DNA of 64,000 nt. Source: the human T2T-CHM13v2.0 reference genome, Homo sapiens. The notes under the pieces are model-generated. The model searched no databases. It saw only the letters and a program-made list of their open reading frames with translations, and had not been told where the DNA came from. Shown one piece after another: positions 42,490 through 63,548 of this stretch. Positions within the stretch are counted from its first letter, which is position 1; every line of letters begins with the position of its first letter. The position numbers were made by a program, and so were the translations under genes. The stretch lies in the NCBI RefSeq assembly GCF_009914755.1, contig NC_060947.1, one strand, 5' to 3'.

Positions 42490-42995
42490 TGTCAACCGAG
42501 GAAAATGACAAGCCTCAATCATTTTAGGAGATTTATTTGCCAAAATTAAGGATGCACCCGGGAGACAGGTCTACGCCTTTCTCCAAAGATGATTTTGAGG
42601 GCTCCAAATTTAAAGGGGAAAGGGTGGGATATTGAGAAGCACACAGTTTTTACATAAACAAGGGGGGGGCAGAGGAAAAATGTGAAGAATCTGCATTTTA
42701 CATAACAGACAAAATGGGGAAGGGGAACAATCAGCTATGCATTTTTGTCTGGCAGGCTGGGTGACTGCACCTGTAAAGATAAGCTATCAATTTGCATGGC
42801 CATGGAGAAGTTTTTAACAGCTGGCCAGGAATTTCCTTGTGGGCAAAATATGGGGGAGGCGGGTAGCCTTTCATCTGGTAGCCATCTCATCGAGGAACCA
42901 AAAGGGGGAGGCAGGTTTGTGTGACTCAGTTCCCAGCTTGACTTTTCCCTTTGGATAAATGAGTTTGGGGTCCAAAAATTTAATTTCTTTTCACA
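42490..42995 (-). mobile_element. MER4-group ERV1 solo LTR (MER83/MER84-like)
   Basis: Minus strand starts TGTGAAAAGAAATTAAATTTTTGGACCCCAAACTC; TSD ACAC/GCAC. Confidence 0.7.
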
Positions 42996-43336
42996 GCACA
43001 CCATATTCTTGATAGCTCCAAATATCCCTTTCTGGCTCTCTTTTTTTTTCTTAGAGGAACCAGGACATGCTGATAACCTTTCTTAAGTTATGTTAATATG
43101 TAAATGCAGTCAACATCTGGGGTATTCTAGGCCTTTGGTAGCTCCACAAACAGCAAATATTTTCACCTGGACAGACCTTCTAAATACTTGGCAAAGGAAA
43201 GATTATTATGAGCCTTATTTAGTTTAGTCTGCAGCAGTGATATTTTATTACCAGCATTCTCTGTAGGTTTGGAGAATATGAAAGTAAGCTCTGTATTAGC
43301 CTTAAACTTTCTGAGCTGGATTTGAATCACCTAACG

Positions 43337-43338
<2 letters not shown>

Positions 43339-43370
<32 letters not shown>
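43339..43370 (+). repeat. Pure A32 tract
   Basis: Seen directly; no Alu/L1 body recognised next to it. Confidence 0.95.
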
Positions 43371-43373
<3 letters not shown>

Positions 43374-43714
43374 GCGTCAACTACTTTCTAAGCATATGTT
43401 TTCGCAATACAGATGAGGTTTTATCAGTAGTTTTTTACAAGTCTGTCTAGAAACTTCATATTCTACTCAGTGCTTCTAGTTATTAATGAGAAATGAATTT
43501 TTTCATGAAAATGTAGTTGCCCCTCTATTAGAAACTGTTCATATGAGCTGTATCTACTCATCTTAAATAAAAATGTAATGCTACTCGAAGAAAATAAATT
43601 TCCTCAAATTAATATTTCATTTTTTTTTAATTTTAAGGTAGAATGTAAGAAGGAAAATGTATAGGAAATTTTAAAAAAACAGCATTTATTTATCCAGTTT
43701 CCTTTAGTCACAAC

Positions 43715-43855
43715 ATTACTAAGTTGAAAGAGCCGTAGAAGATATAGTCCAATGTCATCATTTTACAAAAGTGAAAATTGAAATTCTGAAATATAAAATA
43801 GTTTCCCAAGTCACATAGTTAGTGAAAGAACTGAGGCTATTTCACAACCCCACTC
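43715..43855 (-). mobile_element. MIR fragment
   Basis: CATTTTACAAAAGTGAAAATTGAAA...TTCCCAAGTCACATAGTTAGTGA. Confidence 0.6.
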
Positions 43856-43858
43856 TAA

Positions 43859-44175
<317 letters not shown>

Positions 44176-45214
44176 TCTAATGCTCATTTTTCTAAACTGC
44201 ACTGATTATCACACAACCAGGAATACCAAAAAAAAAAAAAAAAGGTATCAGCTATAAGCTATAACCTTTGCTCTTATGGAGCTTATAATTTCATAAGAGA
44301 GAGTATACAAGATGAACAACTGTGTGTGATCAGAACAGGCAAGATAAGACATGCGTTATTTGTGCAGAAGACAGCTACATCATAGCAGGCAGGCTCATAG
44401 ATTTGAGAGAGGCTTGGCAAACAGTATCTGGGATAGGGTGATGTTCTGGTAAAAAAAAAAAAAAAAAAGTATAGTCATCATAGTGTCCTACTGTTTTAAA
44501 TTTTTGAAACAAATTCTTTCCCAAAGAATTCCTGAAATGTTTGGTATTTTGATATTTTCTCTTAATGGAAAATGCAAATGAGTTAAACTATTAATGATTT
44601 TCATCCTATAATTGCTACCTACTGTCATTTGTGTGGACAATTTCAATAGGCATGTTCACTTTTTAGATAGAGATTTATTATAATGTTTTCTTATGACAAT
44701 TTGATATCATTGTGTTGTTTACTTATATTCATTTTAAAATTATTCACTTATCTTTTATTCCACCATGATAATCCATTTATAGATTTAATTCATCATGAGG
44801 CTCCTAGTAATGAGTTTATGATTAAGAAAATTTTGCTATTAGTTTGTTCAGCCATTTTTCAATTTTTTTTTAAATCATGGCACCTGAGTCCTAATTATAA
44901 TTAATTGCTAAAGTTGATCATTTGAAGCTTCTTTGAAGAATTACTCAAGTTGTTTCAGTGTAAATTAACTCTAAAAAAGGCAGTGATTTATATTTTCTAT
45001 TTTGGGTGCAAGAGATTAACGCCAGTGCTAGATTATATTTAAAACACTTAGTTTATTGATTAACTTCCCTGAAGAACATATGACCTTATTTTTGCTTAAA
45101 ACTATTTGCAGATCCAAAATATTTGAGGAAGGTCAGTGAGTGTATAGGGGTTAGATTCAGGGGAAGGAACAGTACTTCTACTTTAACCATAATACCTACC
45201 TTTTTATCTATTTT

Positions 45215-46596
<1,382 letters not shown>

Positions 46597-46943
46597 CCTT
46601 TTTATCTATTTTCTATATTGTGGCTTTGATTCTGTTGAATTTCCATTAAAAAGGTGGAGAGGTGTATTACAAATTGTAAACTTTTCTAACTTTTAAAAAT
46701 CACTTTCCTAAAGGCAAAGATCAAAGTCTTTCAAGGTTCTTTATATCCCAATTGTAGTTTCTGCTGCTTCTTCCTTTACACAAACACTTTGTCTCATCCA
46801 AACTTATTTTCTGAACATTGTCTAAACATACCTGTGGTTTCCTTGCTCCCTGCCTTGCATAAACTTGCAGCTTCCATCTTGGAAACTCTCCTCTCCTACC
46901 CTGCACCCCTACTGGATCAAAAGAATGTCACCTGTCCTTTCCA

Positions 46944-47226
46944 TTTATTTATTTATTTATTTATTTTTGAGACGGAGTCTTGCTCTGTCGTCCAGGCTGG
47001 AGTGCAATGGCGCGAACTCGGCTCACTGCAACCTCTGCCTCCTGGGTTCAAGCGATTCTCCTGTCTCAGCCTCCCCGAGTAGCTGGGATTACAGGCCCCC
47101 ACTACCATGCCCGGCTGGGGTTTTGCCATTTTGGTCAGGCTGGTCTCAAATTCCTGACCTCAGGTGATCCGCCCTCCTCAGCCTCCCAAAGTGTTGGGAT
47201 TACAGGCATGAGACACTGTGCCCAGT
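46944..47226 (-). mobile_element. Alu lacking the central A-rich linker
   Basis: CCCGGCT joined directly to GGGGTTTTGCCAT; TSD CCTTTCCATTT. Confidence 0.92.
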
Positions 47227-47544
47227 CCCTTTCCATTTTTGAAGTTAAACTCTCCCCATGAAGTCTTCTAATTCATGACAACTGGAACTGACCTCTCTAT
47301 CCATTGATCTCCAATACCAATTATCATTTATTCTTACCACTACTTTATATTGCAGTTATCTATGTAGACTAGATCAACATGACTGTATTTGGGCATTCAA
47401 TAAATATGTGTTAAATGAAACACATATTTATTGTGAGGTACTCATAGACCACAAGTTTTGCAGAGTAATAAAGTTTAATTTTATTCTTCTAGTTTCAAGC
47501 AGAAAGAAAATAATGAAAAAATATGTATTTAACTAGAAGGAGAC

Positions 47545-48083
47545 TGTACTAGTCAGGGTTTTCTAGAGGGACAGAACTAATAGTATATATGTATATATTA
47601 AAGGGAGTTTATTAAGGAGAACTGACTCACAGGATCACAAGATGAAGTCCCACGATAGACTGTCTGCAAGCTGAAGAGCTAGGAAGCCAGTAGTGGCTCA
47701 TTCCGAGTCCCAAAACCTCGAAAGTAGGGAAGCCAACAGTTTAGCCTTCAGTCTGTGGCTGAAGGCCTGAGAGCCCCTAGCAAACCACTGGTGTAAATCC
47801 AAGAGTCCAAAAACTGAAGAACCTGGAGTCTGATGTTCGAGGACAGGGAGCATCCAGAGGAAGACTCAGCATGTCGGCTTATCCCACCTTCTTCTGACTG
47901 CCTTTTCTAGCTGCGCTGGCAGGTGATTGGATGATGCCCACCCAGACTGAGGGTGAGTTGGCCTTTCCCAGTTCACTGACTCGAATGTTAATCTCCTCTG
48001 GCAACACCCTCACAGACACACCCAGAAACAATACTTTGCATCCTGCAATCCAAACAAATTGACACTTAATATTAACCATCACA
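47545..48083 (-). mobile_element. MLT2B-like (HERV-L) solo LTR
   Basis: TGTACTAGTCAGGGTTTTCTAGAGGGACAGAACTAATAG...ATTAACCATCACA. Confidence 0.88.
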
Positions 48084-48680
48084 GATTTCTACTACTAAGT
48101 CTCTCTCATGTAACATAGCTTCAGTGGAATTATATTCTCAGATCCATAGTTTCTCTGAGCGATAGTTGCCCATAATTTAAAATGTAAAATGTATACTCTG
48201 CAGCAGCATGTTTGTAAGGCGTGTAAATGTGAGTGTTTTAGTTAGCTCAACACTTAGCTTTTAATGCTTAGAATGACATACTTGAAATATATTTTTAATT
48301 TTTCTTGAGACTTTGACCAGAACTGGGGTTAATCCATTCAGACATTATTTTGGTATTCATAGATCATCTTGAAGGTATGTTTTATTAAATAGCCTATAAT
48401 ATTTATTTAATTCAAAACTGATTTCTAACTTTTAAAATTTACTCATGGTGGCACATTAAGTTATTGAGCTCAACAGAGAATCAAGGAACAAAGAGTAACA
48501 GCTCTTTCTACCATCTTCTTAGATTTTCAGATTGATCCAATACAACTTTTAATAGCGTTGGAGGCCAAAACTAATATTAATACATTAGCATTAATGCAGG
48601 TGTAGACAGATGTAGAAAGCTCCAAGAAAATTAAATTCTTAGATAATCTTTCTGGCTGTTTTCTTATTTTAGCAAATGTA

Positions 48681-49025
<345 letters not shown>

Positions 49026-49260
49026 TAAAAAAAATCAATGTTGGGTTAGCAGTGTTATATAGTATGTAGAATACCATCCTGAGGATTAGGAAACCTTGTT
49101 AGGAATTAGTTGTGTGTTTTTGGGAAGGCCTCTTTTGCAATATGAACCTGAACATGTTTTTCTATAAAATGAGGGTTCAGAACTTGGGGATTTCTAAGAT
49201 TTCCTCCAGTTCAATCCTTTTATGTCTTTAAACTTGTAAAGGGTAGGGAAAAAGCCCTCA

Positions 49261-49568
<308 letters not shown>

Positions 49569-50843
49569 GTAATACCATATTCACACAAATACTCTCTTTG
49601 TTCTCTTGAAGAACAAATAACAAAGGGATCTGTATATACTAGCGTAAGTGTTTCTTTGAGATTCACTCTCTTATTTCCTCATATAATGCAAGGGAAAGGC
49701 CATAGACTAATTTTTTATTAAAGTAAATACAAGTAATTTTTAATCTAGAGGTTTATTTCTATAGCAGTAGAAATTCTTCCACATTAAATACAGGAAGGAA
49801 AAAAATGCTTCAGAAGCACATTTGAAGAGAGCTATATTCAATTTCACAGGAAAGATTCAACATCAAGTAACCCCTGGGTCCCTTCAGTGTATTGCTCTAA
49901 TTTATACATCAAAGTGAGAACAAGCTTGCTGAAACATAAGGCCTGAAGGAACAACTCAATGTTTCTAGCAGAATGTAGTTCAGCAGTTACACAGTCCATG
50001 AAATGCTCATTAACAAGCTGAGGCAATATGTACTGAGTATACAGGTTCACCTTTGCATATTAAGGAGCAATGTGTAATAACATTTATGGCTCTTGCTGTT
50101 CCATATGCAGAGAACACGGAAATTAGAGCCGGGCTATATAAATGTCAAATGTATTTATGGTCATGCATGCATACTGCTGTTTTAAAACAGTAGTCTTAAC
50201 GGCCACAAATGTTTCATTCATATGCAGGTAGTTGGCAGCCACCTTTTTTCTTGAGCCACAGATTACTTCTGCTATAGATTTCCATCCTACAACACAGATC
50301 TACCACCAACAGTTTTATGAAGCCATATGCCCTTCAGAAACACTGCAGTTTTGGTTTTCCCTTCATAATAATGTACATTATCTTAATGTTTCATAAAAAT
50401 ATTTCATTTAAAGGCAGCAAAGTAAGACATCAGGAAAAAAAGATGCAACTAACATGTAACTAAACGAGACCCTAAGCCCCAGAATTAAAATATGGTTTTC
50501 TGCTGTACTAGCAGCATGAGATCTCTTCACCATAAAATCTCCAAGCTCACAAGAAGGGAAGAGGGTGGAATATATATATATGTATTGACTCATTCCAAAG
50601 CATTCTTAAAGACCTTAAAACCAGAAAACAATGAAATTAACATGTCAGCTTTCCCCTCCACTTCTAGGAAGTCTTGTCTGACTGGCTTACCCTCACAGCC
50701 CTCCCTCACATATGCTTTAGAGTATAAACACGTATCTTTTAAAATTAATAGTTCTATTAGTATTTTTTTTCAGATTTGACTCATTCCAAAATTTATTGCA
50801 TTTTAATGCAAACTAAGCATGCATATTATTGGTTTGGTTATAA

Positions 50844-51159
<316 letters not shown>

Positions 51160-51191
51160 AATATAATGCAGTCTTGAGATAATCTGATAAA

Positions 51192-51526
<335 letters not shown>

Positions 51527-52271
51527 TTGATTAATTACTTAAAAATCAAAGCAATATGCTATTACAGAACCAGACCTTATAGGCAACAAATTACCCATGT
51601 CACATACTTTTTGAAGTACATTATTGGGTATAGATATTCCACATTAACCAAAAGTACTTTATTAGAAAGATAGGAAATTGAAAAAATGGAGATGGAATTT
51701 TGGGAGTCCCTAAGCAATTCAATAATTTCTCAAAACAAACTTATTAGTAATAAAACCTACAGTTTTCCATTATTATTTTCATTATTTTATTATTTCTATT
51801 ATTTCTAAATAAACTAATTTACATAATGCATGTTTTCAAGCCAAGCTGGACAGCTAGCACATTTCTTACCAAGTAGTGTGTGCTCTTAAATGCATATTGA
51901 ATAAGACACATTTATGCATTTTCTATTTTTATTTTACACATTTAATTGTTTATCTGTGAGGTAAATCACATTTTAATTTTTTGCAAAATTAAACAAGAGG
52001 CTTTTACCCAATAGCATTTTGGTCTACCTGTACTTTTTGAGAGAAGAAATAGCTTTGTAGTCTTGATACATATTGTCAGGTACTTTAACATGATATTTCA
52101 TAACAGTTTCAAAACACACTGTTAGAATGGAATAAGCTAAAAGGGGACAGGAGTGATATGCCATGATATTTTTCATGTAATACAAAGTCATGCCTATACC
52201 ATCCATCATATGAACTATGTAGTAAAGTTGATGACTTGTAGAATGGAATGGCACCATTTTCTAACTTTTCT

Positions 52272-52577
52272 TTCTTTTTTTTTTTTTTTTTTTTTTTTGA
52301 GACAGAGTCTCTCTCTGTCACCCCGGTTGGAGTGCAGTGGCGTGATCTTGGCTCACTGCAACCTCCGCCTCCTGGGTTCAAGCAGTTCTCTGCCTCAGCC
52401 TCCCCAGTATCTGGGATTACAGGCACCTACAACCACGCCCGGCTAATTTTTGTATTTTTAGTAGAGGTGGGGTTTCACCATCTTGGCCAGGCTGGTCTTG
52501 AACTCCTGACCTCGTGATCCACCCGCCTCGGCCTCTGAAAGTGCTGGGATTACAGGCGTGCGCCACCGCGCCTGGCC
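52272..52577 (-). mobile_element. Alu (AluSg-like)
   Basis: 19-bp TSD ACCATTTTCTAACTTTTCT at 52253-52271 and 52578-52596. Confidence 0.95.
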
Positions 52578-53225
52578 ACCATTTTCTAACTTTTCTAAGA
52601 TGCGAAGGTAAACAAAGAGATAAGTATGGTGAAAATGCAGATTCAAAATAATTAGAAATTCACTTTTGATAAAGTAATTCAAATGCTAATTGTCGAATTC
52701 ATATTTTACACTTTTGATCATTAGCCTTGTATTTTTATTGTGACATCATAGTGAAAGAGTGATGCCTTTTAGATTCGTGAAGAAAGCAGACCCATACATG
52801 GGTGGAAGCTAATGTCTTGGTGCAGAAAACAACATGTCTTTCACAAAGCGACAATTACAACATGACTGCAATAGTAGCTGACAGTACACCTTATTTGAAC
52901 ATGTTTAGTCTTCTCAGGCATAAATGATTTAGACTGAACAAAATTAATAGCATAGGGTTCTCCAAAAACACTTATCTATAGTGTATGCACTATGGATTTT
53001 GACATGTTTTAATCATAAAGTCTTTTCTACTAATAATAATTATTTTAGAGGTCTGGCAGATATTCATGTAGTGGCTTCCTTTTTCTGGTTTAGGCAATTA
53101 TTAAATTATCTGACTATGTTTTATTCTCTTAGTAGTATAAGTATGTAGCTGAGATAAACAAACATATCTATTATTTTTATGAAAATTAATTATGAGTTAT
53201 GTATTTTTAAATTTTAGTAGCATGA

Positions 53226-53576
<351 letters not shown>

Positions 53577-53807
53577 TAAAATTGTTTTTAATCCAATCTG
53601 AGAATTAGCCCAGTTACTCCCATTGAGTAATTTAGGTATTTGTAAACATATTATGTTGAGTCACTAGGGTGTCTTGTGCCATCAGTGCACACTTGTCCTC
53701 ATCTAATATGTGTGTACTCTGTCACACAATGCTTCTCCTATTTCTTGGACCGTATTAGCAATAATTGAATAGTTGAAGCAAAATTGTTTAAATGTAAACA
53801 AAGATGA

Positions 53808-54050
<243 letters not shown>

Positions 54051-54088
54051 GAGCAACAGAGCAAGACTCCCTTTCAAAGAAAAAAGAA
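54051..54088 (+). mobile_element. Alu 3'-terminal fragment in the opposite orientation
   Basis: GAGCAACAGAGCAAGACTCCCTTTCAAAGAAAAAAGAA. Confidence 0.75.
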
Positions 54089-54101
54089 GCAGTCATTTCT
54101 G

Positions 54102-54401
54102 TTTTTTTTTTTTTTTTTTTTGAAACAGAGTCTCACTCTTGTTGCCGAGGCTGGAGAGCAGTGGCACGATCTCAGCTAACTGCAACCTCCACCTCCTGGG
54201 TTCAAGCTTCTCATTCCTCAGCTTCCCGAGTAGCTGGGATTACAGGTGTCTGCCACCACGCCCGGCTAATTTTTGCATTTTTAGTAGAGATGGGGTTTTG
54301 GCATGTTGGCCAGGCTGGTCTCGAACTCCTGACCTCAGGTGATCTGCCCACCTCAGCCTCCAAAGTGCTGGAATTACAGGTGTGAGTCACTGTGCCCAGC
54401 C
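54102..54401 (-). mobile_element. Alu (AluSq/Sx-like)
   Basis: TSD GCAGTCA(TT/CC)TCT. Confidence 0.92.
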
Positions 54402-54692
54402 GCAGTCACCTCTTGAAAAACCAAATCCAACCACAATGTTAACCACAACATTATTCCTATCCCTGAAATAAATATAATGAAACTATTTGGGAAACAAGGT
54501 TTGAAATTATTGAGCCATGAACTGGTTGGTGTTTTCATGACCAGTTTCTAAATTGCTTCTATGATAAGTCTTTAGTTCATAATGTGTGTTTCTTTCTGTC
54601 ATACTTAACATGCCTATTATATTTATGAAACTTACTAGAAATTCCTCTACAAAGAAAAGAAAAAAATAAAAGAATCAATGGATGTCACATTA

Positions 54693-55098
<406 letters not shown>

Positions 55099-55229
55099 TC
55101 ATAATCTGAATGTATTGCCCTCCATCTACCCTTTGCTTTAACCATTTACCCTATGCTTTAACTACGGCAACTATGGTTTCTGGAGCATGAACACTGTCCT
55201 GTATCACATTTTGGGGAAAGTTTATTCCT

Positions 55230-56310
55230 CACCTGAAATTCCTGTCCCAATCCTCACCCACTGCATGTTGGCCTATGTAAACTTTTTCTGTAATGCCAAC
55301 CAATTTTCTCTACCAAGTTGTCTTTGATTTTCTCCGCCTAGATAAATACTACTTCCCTTCTCTAACTCACCACAGCATGTTCTTATTACTACTTGGTTCA
55401 TCACAATCTAGTGATTTTTGTATATATTAGAAGACTGTAAGTTTCTTGTGGGCAGTAACCATACAATTTATCATTGTCACACCACCTACTCGACCTGTAA
55501 GTGTCGTTTCTCAGAGGTCAGTACTAGGCCACCATCTACTTTTTTTCTAAGACCTTTCTCTTGATGGTATCATATCCTATGGTATTAAATACCATTTCTA
55601 TGCATATGACTCTCCTTTTCTGCTGCACCAAACCTAGTTCCTTCTTCATCATCTCTATTTCATTAAATGGTACTAATACTGGCCCAGTTTCTCTCCTTAT
55701 TTCTTCTACTCCAACCTAGATTCAGTCCCTCACCAGACTCTATTTATTCTGCCTCCAAACTCTGTCATACTCATCAACTTCTCTCCATCTTTACTGATAT
55801 CACACTAAATCAGGCCGTTGGCCATCCACCACACACTCTTGTATCAGTATCCTAGAGTCTCGCAAACTTTCATTCTCACATCTCATCAATCACATTCTTC
55901 TCAGAATAGATAGAATGTTATTCAAAACCTAAATAATAATGTCTTCCCAATCCATTTAGAATAAAACTCAAATCTTTACAATGACCTACAATATCCTGCC
56001 TGATTTGACTCTTTTCTATGTCATTCCACTTTCCTCCTTGCTTACTATATATTCCAGGCACACTGGTCTCCATTTTTAATTTTTATCAAATAAGGGAAGT
56101 GCTGTCTTGCCTCTGTGTCTTTGCCCTTGCTCTGTTTTCTGCCTAGGACACTGCCACACCCACCATACTTCTCATACTTCAAGTTGCAGCTTAAAAGTCA
56201 TTTCCTTAGAGATGCTGTCTATAACGCTACTATCTATTAAGTCAGTTCTGTTGTGCTACCTTATTCTTCTTTTCCTCTATTTTATGTGTCACATATTATA
56301 ATTAAGATAT
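55230..56310 (+). mobile_element. L2 fragments
   Basis: TAGAAGACTGTAAGTTTCTTGTGGGCAG; CTCAGAGGTCAGTACTAGGC...; CCATTTAGAATAAAACTCAAATCTTTACAATGACCTACAA. Confidence 0.65.
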
Positions 56311-56314
56311 ACTT

Positions 56315-56960
<646 letters not shown>

Positions 56961-57125
56961 ATTTATTTATGCATTTGTTTGTTTGTTGCTTATCTTTCCT
57001 ACTAAATTGTGAGCTCCATGTGGGTTAGGGAACATGTCTGTCTCGCTCATCACTGTATTTCTACTGCCTAAAGAATGTCTGGCACATAGTATGAACTCAA
57101 CATTTGTTGCATGAATGGATGAATA
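56961..57125 (+). mobile_element. L2 3' end
   Basis: TGTGAGCTCCATG...GTCTGGCACATAGTATGAACTCAACATTTGTTGCATGAATGGATGAAT. Confidence 0.75.
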
Positions 57126-57749
57126 GATTTAAATTTTATGTACATACTGTTTCATCGTGCTTTCTGATTGAAAGAATAACAAATGCAATTTAATATTGAA
57201 TTATTAGAAAATAATAGTATAGGAGAGGCAGGCAACATTTAGTTCTATAATCCATTAAGGAACGTTCCAATCAAATATGAAAATATATTAACATGATAAT
57301 GCTTATAAATATAATATCTTCAACATTAGTGATATTATGTCCTTTTAGTCAAAACAGTGGCATTAAAAAATTACAATGGTAATGCATGCAATAAAGTTAT
57401 TCATATTGATTATATGTATTTTAAATTCCTATAAAGGTCTCAAAAATTTGACATTGCCGCAGGCATACTCTTCCATATCCAAACACAAATGGGAGAGTTT
57501 TGTTTGTCATTGTTACACAAGGTCTAACTAAAAGTAATAAGACTGGTTTTGATGACTTAGTTTTGATGACTTAGTTATTATCTGTCTCATTGCTTCATAG
57601 GTACATTATGTAACAGTAGACAATAGTAATTATTGTGAGTTCCTTATATGGAACTTTCTTGAAGTGAACTAAATTATTTTTGACCTCATGATAAATGTTT
57701 GCCCTTTTAAGGATGTTACTAATATTTATAGGACATTTGCTAGTCTTTT

Positions 57750-57933
57750 TTTGTTTGTTTGTTTTTGTTTTTTATTTTTTTATTTTACTTTAAGTTCTAG
57801 GGTACATGTGCACAATGTACAGGTTTGTTACATATGTATACACGTGCCATGTTGGTGTGCTGCACTCGTTAACTCGTCATTTACATTAGGTATATCTCCT
57901 AATGCTATTCCTTCCCCCTCCCTCCACCCCCCT
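57750..57933 (-). mobile_element. Heavily 5'-truncated primate L1PA (3'UTR only, ~185 bp)
   Basis: TTTAAGTTCTAGGGTACATGTGCACAA...CTCCTAATGCTAT; 17-bp TSD ACATTTGCTAGTCTTTT at 57733-57749 and 57934-57950. Confidence 0.93.
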
Positions 57934-57951
57934 ACATTTGCTAGTCTTTTA

Positions 57952-58297
<346 letters not shown>

Positions 58298-58449
58298 TTA
58301 GTTCAAGACAGCACCAAAGTAATCCTTAACAATTGAAGAGGAATTGTTGCTTTCTAAGCACATATGCATTTATGTTCTCCTACTGTTTAATACATCATGA
58401 CAGTCACAAATGTTTTGATTAAACATTGAAAATATAAAAACGTTCTCTC

Positions 58450-58989
<540 letters not shown>

Positions 58990-59596
58990 TCATTGCCAAT
59001 GATGTCAGTATTTCACCAATGGAAGCTGATTTTTGTTGCCTAAAAGCATGATTTTTATTAAATTCACTGTTTGATTCAGTTGTAATTCAAGACAAGTCTT
59101 TCCTTTTTCATTTTAATCTTTCTTAATGAGCATATCTAGTGCAGAAATGTTCATAAGTGTTTGAAAACTCATCCTATGTAAATAATGAAAATGATTTTAG
59201 GATAGTATGAAAAACAGAGATATATGAATCTAATTATTACTACTAGTAAACATATATGTTTTATCCAGTGTATTCATTGCCAAGCCCCTATGTATATTGT
59301 TAAAATGTATAGTTATTAAATTATATGTTATAAATATTAATAGGTGCTGTAATATGCCATGTCATTTATTGGTGTTTTCATTTTCCTCTAATATAGATGT
59401 TAATAATGAGTGCTTTCCGTACCAGCCAAAAATTTGAATACCCCAATTCCTGGATTCATTTGCTTTATTCCCTCCACTGTTAAATTAGATTGATTATAGT
59501 ATTTGGTTATAATTATGCTGCAATTGTATTTTGAGAATTGAAACAGCAGTCTTAAATCCTTTTTGAAATTCGTCAGGGTTTAAATAAATAATTTAA

Positions 59597-59940
<344 letters not shown>

Positions 59941-60518
59941 TTACCCTTCCCCCTTTCTAAGAGTCACATAACTCTACCCAAACCTAAAGTATCAATTTAA
60001 TGCAAAGCTATTGGTTTTATGTTACTGTTATGGTGATTATTGAATAAGTTAGACTATGGTTGAAGTGGGGAGCTAGTTATTACAAAAGAGTAAGCCAAAA
60101 GAGTAATTTTGTCTCAGAAGCAGACATTTTGATTAGAATTAGCTTGATTCTCTATTTGGTATGTGAAGATTTGTAATTATATGTGTAAAATTTCTATTCT
60201 TTTAATTCTTTCACCAATGGATGCAAGTAAGGTGCTACAGTTAATTATAATGAATGTGGAAGCAATTTGAAATACTATTAAATGCTTTACAAACGTAAAA
60301 TAGTCTTCTGATGGGAGCATGCACTAAGTGGTATTTACTGAAAGAGAAAATAAATAATTGATCTTACATCTCTAAACTCACTTTCCTTGGATTTCAGTCA
60401 GTATGGAATACACCTGCTGAAAAATAATGTTCTAGGAATTGTGCCTTGGACAGAAAAGAAAGACACAAATAACTAAAAAAAAAATAGGACTCTTGCCTGC
60501 AATCTCTCAGCATTAGTC

Positions 60519-60818
<300 letters not shown>

Positions 60819-61200
60819 TCAGCATTAGTTTTATAAGATGATTCCTGTTTAATCAGAAAATAATTTTTTACAAATTAAAAAAAATAAATGAACAAAAGGC
60901 AGATTATGTGTCAAAATTGATTCATTTCACATTTTCTATTACAATAATTTCCTATTAATAGAAGAGGTTTTCTCAGGTGATATAATTAATATTATAGCAG
61001 CATAATATTCTGGACATACCTAGGAATGCAAACATATACAGGACATTATAATTATTATAATTTTCATTGTTGAAATGGATGTTTGCCATATATATCAAGA
61101 AAATAAATAAATAACAATTAAGAATTCTTATTTTTATTCAGTTTTCACCTGGAAATGAATACCATAAATAGTGTATATTTCTAATTAATTTCCTTAACAT

Positions 61201-62033
<833 letters not shown>

Positions 62034-62484
62034 ATCATTCTGTGAGATAGTTTGTACTTTTCGTGAGTAAATGGCTTATATGCGCACACGCACACGCACA
62101 CGCACATGCACACACACACATTTCCAAATTTAGGATCTGATTTTATTGTAATATAAATCCCTATATATGTATGTTTAAAATATCAGCAATATATGCACAT
62201 ATAAAATACATGTAATATATGCACATATGTAACATCAGGACAATCAGAACAACATTTTTAATATTGGTAATCTATTATTCATTAAACAAAAATTTGGCAC
62301 ATATTGACAAAATTCTTGCTTTCTGTTATTATTGTAAAGCATTTCACTTATTTACTCCTATATTTTCATTTCTTACAAAAATTCCTTGACTAGCCATCTA
62401 GTCTAACCATGTTTTAGCATGTTTCTACTAGATCAGTAGAAAAACTGTTAGCAGTTTACATCTTTAAAAAAAATTTATTATTGA

Positions 62485-62836
<352 letters not shown>

Positions 62837-63548
62837 TTAAATTTTTCTTGGGATACTTAATTTTATATCTGTATCACATTAATTGCAATTGCAAGCACAT
62901 TGCTTTGTGATAAGAATATATAATTTTATGTTAATGGAACCCATTTTATATGATTATTGTTTGATATACTCGACATTCTTTTTATGGTACAGTAGGTACA
63001 ACGACCTAGAAAAAGAATATTAACTCATTTTTTGCACAGATACCCTACTACTACTTGAAAAGAATATCCATGGAAATATGTAAAAAAAAAAACCCATATA
63101 CACCTTCTCATTTTAGGTGTTTGTTGGAATGCAACTTCCTGTGAAAATTTCAGTTATGGGTACAAAACACATTACCACTTAACAGGATGCCCTCATAATA
63201 TTAAAGACAATATACTCTGAATCATGATATATACTTGAATGTACATTACTGAATTATTGCCTGAACAAGATGGATTTCTAATGTCTTAGATTCCACCATT
63301 TAAAAAACGAATAGTTTTATTCTATTAACTGTGATTGATATTTATTGAGCTTAAAGATATGTACAGTGTTGATTTTACCTTCCAAGTCCTAAAGTGAGGA
63401 CATTTTTTATGGGTTTGAATTTTTATGGATTTGAATTTTAAATCAAGAGATAGAAAAAGAAAATAAATGTTAAGGAGGATTTACTTACGTGAAACACAGC
63501 AAGAGTTATAAACTTTCCCTTGAGTCAGGTGAGGAAATAACTTAATTT

